The notes beneath the pieces were generated by a model. It did no database searches. It had not been told where the DNA came from and was given only the letters and a program-made list of their open reading frames with translations. A program made the translations under genes and the position numbers. 64,000 bases of DNA from an uncultured Spirochaetaceae bacterium. GTDB taxonomy: Bacteria; Myxococcota_A; UBA9160; UBA4427. The stretch is from positions 1,152 to 65,151 of the forward strand of contig CAZMFM010000011.1 in NCBI GenBank assembly GCA_964565565.1, in the 5' to 3' direction. This document shows, piece by piece, positions 9,338-16,660 of the stretch (its first letter is position 1; each line of letters starts with the position of its first letter).

Positions 9338-9544
9338 GAAGTTCTCCTTCTGAGTCGATCGATGGAAAGCCTATTCCCTCCGGATCCTCGGGAGGTGGCT
9401 CGGGCCTAAGGAGCGGGGTCGCCGGCGAGGGTATTCGTGAGGCGGAAATCCGTTTGGCTCTGTGACCTGGACGATCCCCGGCTGGTGTTGGGGCTTGTGC
9501 AGTCGTCGCTATCGGAGTTCCGGTCTTAGGGGTAGAGTCTCGTC

Positions 9545-11323
9545 ATGGCAGATACTGTGGGGCAACGGAACCGGGTCCTGGAGCAATTGGATCGTTTCCT
9601 CTCGCCCGAGGTGCTGCGCGGCGAACTCGGGACCCTCAACCGCTCGCGCTTTCTCGTTTCGGTCGTATTCATTGCGGTGGCCGCTTGTTTGGCGTTCTTG
9701 TGTTTTCACCTGCTCTCCAACGACCTCAGGCGAGCGGCCTTCATCGGAGCGGCGATCATTCCCCTGCTTTCGACGCTGGTTGTGCTGCGTCGTCCCGGTG
9801 CCCTTGTCATCGCGACCCATTTTCTTTTGACGGTCGGCCTGACAACGATTGTCGTGAGCCCGATGTTGAAGCCGGATGCGCCACATCTCTTTCTGGGGAT
9901 CATTGTCTTGCCCTTGGTTGCGGTCACCGGCGGCGGCGTCAGGGCGGGCCTGATCTGGACGTCGGTCGTGGTCCTGGTTCTGGGGACGGGCGCGATCCTG
10001 GTGGATGCGGACCTCTCCGAACGTTCGGTCCGTTGGAGTAGCGTGATCGTGGCCGTTGCCGTGGGCCTCGGGATTTCACTCTCCGAAGAATTTCGTCAGC
10101 GCGCCAAACAACATGTCCGTTGGCAACGGGAACGCGCTGATCATCATGAGGTCGAGAGGTTGGAAGCCGAGCGGGCGCTCGCTTCCAGCCAAGTCGTTTT
10201 GGCCAAGGCCTTTCAGATCTCCCCTTCGCTGTTGATCCTATGTGAACAGGCGACGGGGAGAATCATCGAGACCAATGAGAGCTTCACTCGAATACTCGGA
10301 TGGGAAATTTCGGAGGCCATCGGAAAATCTTTGACGGATTTGAATATCTGGGTCGCGCCCGAGGACCGCGCGAGCCTTACTACGGCGTTCATCGACAAAC
10401 GCGTGGCCTCCAGCGTTGAGGTTCGTGTACGCACGAAGTCTGGCCAGTATGTCTGGTTGCTCACTGTGGCCACGATTTTCGATCTCGACGGCGCACCCCA
10501 TATCTTGGCCGAAGCAATCGACATCACCGATCGAAAACGCAACGAGGAAGAACTTGCGAGCCATCGCCAACGGCTCGAAGAACGCGTCGAGGAGCGCTCC
10601 GAACAATTGCGCGAATCCCGTGTGCAGCTCCGGGAACAGCAGCAACTCGCGGTCGTCGGCACGCTCGCCGCCGGGATCGCTCATCAGATCAACAATCCCA
10701 TTGGCGGCATTCTGGCCGCCGCGGAATTTGCGCTCTTGAATGTGGACTCTGAGGACAGCGAGACGGTTCGCACGCGCGCACTCGAAACGACTGTCGAAGA
10801 AGCCCGTCGCTGCGGTCAGATCGTCCGCAACATGCTCAAATTTTCGCGCCACGAACCCACCGCAAAGTGGGTCGAAGATCTGAATGACATCGTTCGCCGG
10901 GCGGCCGAGGTGACGCGCCCCTACGTCACGCAAAGAGGGGGAACCCTCGAACTCGACGTCAGGCCCGGTCAGTTGATGGCCAAGGTGAGCCCGATCGACA
11001 TTGAACAGGTCCTGGTCAACGTGATTCGGAATGCCGCCGAATCGCGAACCGCCGGCGTGCACATCATGGTGAGCACGCGCCGCCACGGAGACGCGATGTC
11101 GATCGAAGTGGCCGACGATGGATTGGGCATCGCCGCTGGCGTTCGGGAGCGCATCTTTGATCCCTTCTTTACCACGCGGCTCGGGGCCGGCGGTTCGGGG
11201 CTCGGGCTTTCGGTCGCACAAGGTGTGGTGACGGATCACGGGGGTACGCTCGAGCTCGATAGTCAGGAGGAGAAGGGAACCCGGGTCACCGTCCGATTGC
11301 CATTGGATTCGGCGGAAAGCTGA
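9545..11323 (+). CDS. membrane PAS-domain sensor histidine kinase (intact)
   Basis: N-terminal TM helices and a PAS-like segment. H-box LAAGIAHQINNPIGG, N-box VLVNVIRNAAES, G1 VADDGLGI, F-box IFDPFFTTR and G2 GSGLGLSVA. Confidence 0.9.
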   Translation: MADTVGQRNRVLEQLDRFLSPEVLRGELGTLNRSRFLVSVVFIAVAACLAFLCFHLLSNDLRRAAFIGAAIIPLLSTLVVLRRPGALVIATHFLLTVGLTTIVVSPMLKPDAPHLFLGIIVLPLVAVTGGGVRAGLIWTSVVVLVLGTGAILVDADLSERSVRWSSVIVAVAVGLGISLSEEFRQRAKQHVRWQRERADHHEVERLEAERALASSQVVLAKAFQISPSLLILCEQATGRIIETNESFTRILGWEISEAIGKSLTDLNIWVAPEDRASLTTAFIDKRVASSVEVRVRTKSGQYVWLLTVATIFDLDGAPHILAEAIDITDRKRNEEELASHRQRLEERVEERSEQLRESRVQLREQQQLAVVGTLAAGIAHQINNPIGGILAAAEFALLNVDSEDSETVRTRALETTVEEARRCGQIVRNMLKFSRHEPTAKWVEDLNDIVRRAAEVTRPYVTQRGGTLELDVRPGQLMAKVSPIDIEQVLVNVIRNAAESRTAGVHIMVSTRRHGDAMSIEVADDGLGIAAGVRERIFDPFFTTRLGAGGSGLGLSVAQGVVTDHGGTLELDSQEEKGTRVTVRLPLDSAES

Positions 11324-11540
11324 GCATTTACGCGGGAGTTCTCTCTCGAAGCGGGTTGGGTCGCCGATTGGATCTTGGATCGTTGGACGCCAGCTGAGGG
11401 CGCCGGCTACAGGCTGAGCCCGTGTTGCCCGATGAGGTAAAGGACATGGGGTTGGCTTTCTCAAGTGAAACCAGCTAAACCCCTGCTCAACAGGGCGAAC
11501 AAAGTTCAAACAAATTCTACCAAGCAGTGGCGAACAACAG

Positions 11541-11691
11541 GATCTCTCGTTCCCCCGATCGAGATCGCGCCACGAAAACGATCAAGATGATCAAGCAGAT
11601 CCAGAAGATCGAGACGGTCGACGTTGAAGTTGAAGTTGAATAAGTCGATCGAATTGATCCAAAAGATCAACTAGACCAAAAAGATCGACCC
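11541..11691. repeat. AT-rich leader with 11 GATC sites, two arrays phased at exactly 9 bp, plus (gttgaa)x3
   Basis: GATC at 11541, 11557, 11563, 11580, 11589, 11598, 11607, 11647, 11656, 11665 and 11683, with degenerate GGTC at 11616 and GACC at 11674 on phase. gttgaa x3 at 11623-11640. Confidence 0.85.
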
Positions 11692-11726
11692 GCCCTGATT
11701 CCTATCAGACTCTGACCACTTGTTGT

Positions 11727-13262
11727 TTGGTCAGAACCAATAGTCCGGCTGCGCCAAAATTCGGCGCCGCACGGCGGAGAAGTAATTTGTCTAGCGCACA
11801 ACCGCAAATCGTTGCGGAAAGCGGATTTGACCGCTTTGAATTTGATTCCAAACTAATCCACGGCCTCGAGGCTGCGGGATTTACTGAACCCCGGCCGATT
11901 CAGGCCGATACCATTCCGGCCTGTCTCGAGGGACAAGACGTCATGGGGCTCGCCCAGACGGGCACCGGCAAGACGGCGGCCTTCGCGTTGCCCATTCTTC
12001 AACGACTGATCGAGGAACCCGGCAAGGGCCCACTGGCGCTCATCCTGGCGCCGACTCGCGAGTTGGCGATTCAGATCGATGCCGAAATACGGCTACTCGC
12101 GAAGTTCACCCAGATCGAGACCATGACGATCTTTGGCGGAGTGCCTGCGAGTTCGCAGATTCGAACCCTGCGCAAGCGTCCCGAGATCGTGGTCGGTTGT
12201 CCAGGTCGCGTGCTCGACCTCTTGCAGCATCGACAACTCGATCTTTCACAGGTCGAGACGCTCGTTCTCGACGAAGCCGACCATATGTTTGACATGGGAT
12301 TCCTTCCCGACATCAAACGGATCCTGGCCGCGTTGCCGAAGGACCGACAGAACCTGCTCTTTTCGGCCACGATGCCGAAGGCGATTCGAGAATTGGCGGG
12401 ACGTATTCTCGAGCAACCCCACGTCGTCGAATTGGCGACGGTCGCGCCGGCAGAGCGAATCGAACATGCTCTCTATCCGGTCGCAGAAGGCCGAAAACGG
12501 GATCTGCTCGATCGGCTGCTGGGGGAGGACGATTGTCGGACGGCGATCGTCTTTACGCGTACCAAGCATCGCGCGAAACGCCTGGCGCTTCAGCTCTCAA
12601 AGAACGGTCTGCGGGCCGTCGCACTCCAGGGCAATATGACCCAGGGGCAAAGAGACCGTGCCATGAATGGCTTTCGCCAAGGACGCTTCGACATTCTCGT
12701 GGCGACCGACATTGCGGCACGTGGCCTCGATGTGGCGGGCATCGATTATGTGATCAATTTCGATCCGCCCAGCACCCCCGAGACCTACACCCATCGGATT
12801 GGCCGAACCGGTCGTTCCGATGAAAGTGGCAAAGCCTGTACGCTCGTGACCCGGGAAGATGCGGGCTGGGTGCGCGACACCGAACGCTTTCTCGGAACGC
12901 CGATTTCTCGCCGGCAACTTCCGGGCTTCGACGTCGAGCCACTCAATGTCGCAGGCGGAGGCGGACGGCCCAAGCGATCGAGTTCGAATCGGGGACGCTC
13001 CGGCGGCTCGGGTCGGACCAGTAGCTCTGGCCGAACGAGTCGATCAGGACGGCCGGGGCGATCGGGCGGGAGCGCAGGCTCCAGTCGAGCCGATGGCGCG
13101 TCCGAGTCGGCCAGGGATGGTGCCGGGAAACCGGGATCGGCGAATCGCTCCGGGAACTCTCGCCGCCCACAACGCAATGCGAGCGGCGCGTCGAGCCGAC
13201 GGAGTAGCTCCTCCGAGCGTGGCCCTTCGAGTGAAGGATCGAGTACGCGTCGCAGACGCTGA
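11727..13262 (+). CDS. rhlE: DEAD-box ATP-dependent RNA helicase (RhlE-like) with an Arg/Ser/Gly-rich C-terminal tail
   Basis: Q-motif region GFTEPRPIQ, Walker A AQTGTGKT, DEAD box (VLDEADHM), SAT, and HRIGRTGR. The TTG start at 11727 is uncertain. Confidence 0.9.
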   Translation: MVRTNSPAAPKFGAARRRSNLSSAQPQIVAESGFDRFEFDSKLIHGLEAAGFTEPRPIQADTIPACLEGQDVMGLAQTGTGKTAAFALPILQRLIEEPGKGPLALILAPTRELAIQIDAEIRLLAKFTQIETMTIFGGVPASSQIRTLRKRPEIVVGCPGRVLDLLQHRQLDLSQVETLVLDEADHMFDMGFLPDIKRILAALPKDRQNLLFSATMPKAIRELAGRILEQPHVVELATVAPAERIEHALYPVAEGRKRDLLDRLLGEDDCRTAIVFTRTKHRAKRLALQLSKNGLRAVALQGNMTQGQRDRAMNGFRQGRFDILVATDIAARGLDVAGIDYVINFDPPSTPETYTHRIGRTGRSDESGKACTLVTREDAGWVRDTERFLGTPISRRQLPGFDVEPLNVAGGGGRPKRSSSNRGRSGGSGRTSSSGRTSRSGRPGRSGGSAGSSRADGASESARDGAGKPGSANRSGNSRRPQRNASGASSRRSSSSERGPSSEGSSTRRRR

Positions 13263-13283
13263 TCTGAAATGAGTTGAGCGAGG

Positions 13284-13318
13284 CGGCCGTCGGACAGGAA
13301 TGTCCGACGGCCGTTTTT
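13284..13318 (+). terminator. rho-independent terminator downstream of the helicase
   Basis: Perfect 13-bp stem cggccgtcggaca / tgtccgacggccg with loop ggaa, followed by TTTTT. Confidence 0.85.
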
Positions 13319-13352
13319 GCATTGAATTTGCCGGTGCCGCGCGTGAGCTCAT

Positions 13353-13369
13353 TCGGCACGTCTTCTGCT
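13353..13369 (+). promoter_or_regulatory. weak sigma54-like -24/-12 element upstream of the PilZ gene
   Basis: TCGGCACG-TCTT-CTGCT has correct GG/GC spacing but two mismatches to TGGCACG-N4-TTGCW. It lies about 90 nt upstream of 13456. Confidence 0.25.
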
Positions 13370-13455
13370 CCGTTTCGCAGGATGTCTCGTGATCTGCTCA
13401 AGCAGAGCCTTGCGACAACCGATTCAAGAGAGGAACGAAGCCTCAGGGAGCCTCA

Positions 13456-13764
13456 TTGAATCGTCGGGCCCATCCTCGATTTCAGGCCAGATTCGACGTC
13501 CTCTGCTCTGCTGGCGAGCACGAAGGCTCGGGAACGCTCGTGAATATCTCACGGTCCGGTGCACGTCTGGATTCGGCGAGCCACGTTCCGGAATTGGGAA
13601 CGAAAGTTCGTCTCTACATTTTCATTCAGCCCGTCTGCCCCTTTGAACTGTCCGGCGAAGTCATTCGCTGCGACGGGCCGACCTTCGCGATTCGCTATAG
13701 CAATCTCGATCCCGAAGTCGGCCGGCTGGTCGACGATGTTGCGGCCCTGGTCACGGGCCCCTGA
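13456..13764 (+). CDS. stand-alone PilZ domain protein (c-di-GMP receptor-like)
   Basis: RxxxR motif (RRAHPRF) and N/DxSxxG motif (NISRSGA) at canonical spacing. 102 aa with a TTG start. Confidence 0.75.
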   Translation: MNRRAHPRFQARFDVLCSAGEHEGSGTLVNISRSGARLDSASHVPELGTKVRLYIFIQPVCPFELSGEVIRCDGPTFAIRYSNLDPEVGRLVDDVAALVTGP

Positions 13765-13987
13765 ATTCCCTTTCTACTTGGTTCCGTCCCAGTTGTTCCC
13801 GTCGATCTGTGGGCGCGCTTGAATTGTGAGGCGCGACACTACGACGGGCGCTCGGGCGGCTGAGTCCGCGACAGGGCTTGCCGGTTTTCTGCGCAATCCT
13901 GTGTATGAGGGACGATCGTAGGAAAAAGATCTCGACCGGTGAGGACCGTCACGAGAGATCGATTGGCCGAGCCCGAAGAGTCTGGTC

Positions 13988-15613
13988 ATGGTCCTCATGA
14001 CTCCTTCTTCGACCCGATCCCTTCTTTCACACCCGCAACGCGTCGCGGTGGCCTTGATGGGCCTCGCGTTTGCGCTGTTTGCGTCGACCTCTGCGGGCGC
14101 GGCACTCCGCGAATACCGCGTGCAGTTCGCGCCGAGCCAATCGGCCTCTGCAACCGGCTACTCGCTCCATATCGGAACCGCATCGGGGAGCTACGAGGCG
14201 AACTTCGACCTCGGGTCGCCACCCATGACGGGTCTCACCGTGATCTACGCGATCGACCTCGAAGACTCGGCGGATACTTTCGTTGCGCTCCGATCCTACG
14301 ATTCAGCTGGTCGTGAATCGGCCTACTCGAACGAAATCCGCGTCGCCGCAGTCGTCGTCGCGCCACCGCCTCCGCCGCCGGCCGCGCCTGCGCCACCCCC
14401 GGAAGCTCCGGCACCGCCGCCGGCCGCGCCTGCGCCACCCCCGGAAGCCCCGGCACCGCCGCCGGCCGCACCTGCGCCACCACCGGAAGCCCCGGCACCG
14501 CCTCCGGCCGCGCCGACGCCCCCTCCCGAAGCCCCGGGTGGCGGCAACATGCCGGAAGATCCGATGGGGTCTGATATGCGACTCGGCCTTACGACCGGTC
14601 GCGACGGGTTGATCAGCGCGTTGTTTTCGGACGGCAGTCTCGACTCCCTCACGATGGATTCGCTTGCGGCCAAGGGAGATATCAGGCCGACGCGCTGTGA
14701 TCTTGACGGCGACTCGGACGACGATCTGGTGATCGGGTTCGGCGCGCGGAGCAAGGGTCAGGTTGCACTGATCTTTCTCGAGAACGGCGCGGTCTCTTCG
14801 GTCACGACGATCACGGCCGGTACCGCCAAATATCGACAGGCCTCGGGTCGCACGAATCCGGCGTGTGGAGATCTGGATGGTGACGGTCGGGGCGAAATCG
14901 TCATCGGTTTCAGCCTCCGGATGAGAGGCGTCGTGCAAATCTTCGACGACGTGCAGACGGGCTTCGCACCGCTGGTTACGGCCCGATCGGATGCAGATGG
15001 CTATCTACAGACGCCAGTCCCGGATCGATTCTGGGGCTCGAGCTATCCTGCGATTGGTGATCTCGACGGCGACGGTCGTGGAGAACTGGTGATCGGTCTG
15101 GGGCGCACCCGGGGCGGCGGCCGGCTGGTCATTCTCGATGATGCACTGACGGGATTCGCCATTCACGATGGCAATCGGACTGGCGAGCCCTGGCTTCGCG
15201 TCGACCCGAATATCGCCCGGACCATGAAGCGGACGCGGACGATGCCTGCGATGGGTGATCTCGATGGTGACGGTCGCGATGAAATCGCGGTGAGCTTTGG
15301 TCGCGGGAGTCGCGGGATCGTTGCGATTCTCGAAGATGCAGTGGAAGGGCTTCCGGCCAGGCCCTCCGACGTTCTGCTGATTTCGACAGGTCGGTCGCGG
15401 TATGCGCGCAAGGATGGCGCGACACGCGTCGCGATTGGCAATGTCGATGAGGACGGCGCAGAGGAATTGGTCGTTAGTTTCCAGCGCAGCGGGGATCACG
15501 AGATTCAGATCTTCGATGACCTTGGGTCTGCGATGAGGCCAATGAGTGCCGATGCTGGCTTCGTCTTCAGTGGCGACAAGTCCAAACGAATTCGCGGGTT
15601 GCCGATCAACTGA
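13988..15613 (+). CDS. secreted FG-GAP/VCBS-repeat protein with an FN3-like N-domain and a Pro-rich linker
   Basis: Signal peptide VAVALMGLAFALFASTSAGA. Recurrent GDLDGDGRxEIVIGF Ca-binding-type FG-GAP motifs (at least 5). A (AAPAPPPEAPAPPP)n linker. Confidence 0.8.
   Translation: MVLMTPSSTRSLLSHPQRVAVALMGLAFALFASTSAGAALREYRVQFAPSQSASATGYSLHIGTASGSYEANFDLGSPPMTGLTVIYAIDLEDSADTFVALRSYDSAGRESAYSNEIRVAAVVVAPPPPPPAAPAPPPEAPAPPPAAPAPPPEAPAPPPAAPAPPPEAPAPPPAAPTPPPEAPGGGNMPEDPMGSDMRLGLTTGRDGLISALFSDGSLDSLTMDSLAAKGDIRPTRCDLDGDSDDDLVIGFGARSKGQVALIFLENGAVSSVTTITAGTAKYRQASGRTNPACGDLDGDGRGEIVIGFSLRMRGVVQIFDDVQTGFAPLVTARSDADGYLQTPVPDRFWGSSYPAIGDLDGDGRGELVIGLGRTRGGGRLVILDDALTGFAIHDGNRTGEPWLRVDPNIARTMKRTRTMPAMGDLDGDGRDEIAVSFGRGSRGIVAILEDAVEGLPARPSDVLLISTGRSRYARKDGATRVAIGNVDEDGAEELVVSFQRSGDHEIQIFDDLGSAMRPMSADAGFVFSGDKSKRIRGLPIN
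14381..14536. repeat. 42-nt tandem repeat, about 3.7 copies, encoding AAPAPPPEAPAPPP
   Basis: Units start at 14381, 14423, 14465 and 14507 and are near-identical at the nucleotide level. Confidence 0.9.
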
Positions 15614-15714
15614 TCGAGTCTATTGGATGGTATGTGGGTGGCGGGCTGGGCGTCCCAATTCTGGGGCGCTCAGTCTCCGTTTTGGCGGTCGGTCTGGCAG
15701 GCTGAGAAGGCAAT

Positions 15715-15739
15715 CCACTCCACTCCACTCCACTCCGCT
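15715..15739. repeat. intergenic pentanucleotide repeat (ccact x4 plus ccgct)
   Basis: Read directly. Lies between convergent genes. Confidence 0.9.
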
Positions 15740-15771
15740 CGGCCCGGAGTTCCTTCGAAACCTGCTCGATG

Positions 15772-16614
15772 CTAGTTCAGCCGGGGCTTCTGCTTGACGA
15801 GCGCGTCCCGCCGGCGTCGAATGGCCGGCGCATTCTCATGGTCCGGAGCGAGTTCCAGGTATTGTGAATAGTCTTCGATCGCGGCGTTCGTGCATTCGAG
15901 GCGTTCCAGTAGAAAGGCGCGATCGCGATATTCGAGGGCCGCCGAAGGCGCGAGGACCACGATCCGATCGAAGCAGCCCAACGCCGAGAGGCCATCGGCG
16001 TTTCGCAGATACAGAATTTTCAGGTTGTTCAGGATACGGGTGTAGATCTCGAGCGTGGTGGCCGGGACGAAGAGCGCATCCTGGTCGGGACGATGGCCCT
16101 GTGTCAGGGCTTTCACGCGCTGCACGCAATCTTCTTTTTGAAGGATTCGGGCAAAGAAGGGATCGACGATGATCTCACCCGCCGCCGCGTCACTCACGCC
16201 AGAGATCTTGGCCAAGAAATGTCCGGGGAAACCGATGCCGTAGGCCTCGAGGCCGAGTCGTCGGGCGACTTCGACGTAGAGAATCGACAAAGTGATGGGA
16301 AGTCCTCGACGTCGCGAGAGCACTTCGTCGAGAAAGCTATTTCGTGGATCGTCGTATTGTTCTTTGTCCCCGCGAAAGCCCTCCAACTCGAAGAGAATGT
16401 GATTGAGGGTGGCGACGGCATTGCTCGGCGTGTTGGCTGCGTCGATCAAGGGGCGGCTCCGCTCGACCAATTCATCGAGGGCCGAGAGGCTGAGATCGAT
16501 ATCGAGATCCGGCCGCGCTTCGGCCGCAAGCACGAGCGCGCCCTCCGCTAGTCCCAGTTGGCTTTCGGGCAGCTCGGCCAGGGCATGAAATCGCGCTGAA
16601 ATTTCGCTTTGCAT
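15772..16614 (-). CDS. SirB1/YchA-like transglutaminase-fold plus TPR protein
   Basis: ...LPITLSILYVEVARRLGLEAYGIGFPGHFL... is a typical UPF0162/SirB1 N-domain. The C-terminus is TPR-like. Confidence 0.7.
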   Translation of the reverse strand: MQSEISARFHALAELPESQLGLAEGALVLAAEARPDLDIDLSLSALDELVERSRPLIDAANTPSNAVATLNHILFELEGFRGDKEQYDDPRNSFLDEVLSRRRGLPITLSILYVEVARRLGLEAYGIGFPGHFLAKISGVSDAAAGEIIVDPFFARILQKEDCVQRVKALTQGHRPDQDALFVPATTLEIYTRILNNLKILYLRNADGLSALGCFDRIVVLAPSAALEYRDRAFLLERLECTNAAIEDYSQYLELAPDHENAPAIRRRRDALVKQKPRLN

Positions 16615-16660
16615 GGAGACTCGTTCAGAAGCGTCGCAGGAGTGGACGGGTCGAGTCTAG

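Noticed and set aside
10238-11509. 423-aa minus-strand ORF
   Set aside because: It is antisense to the intact PAS histidine kinase. It has junk-like composition.
11527-11643. 38-codon GTG ORF through the first GATC array (…IKMIKQIQKIETVDVEVEVE)
   Set aside because: It is too short, has no RBS, and its periodicity is explained by the DNA repeat. A stop at 11476-78 excludes the longer frame.
11541-11691. GATC cluster as a chromosomal replication origin
   Set aside because: There is no dnaA, dnaN or gidA context. I found no convincing DnaA boxes (TTATCCACA-like). The region is a 400-bp leader of a helicase gene, so I keep it as a regulatory or repeat observation instead.
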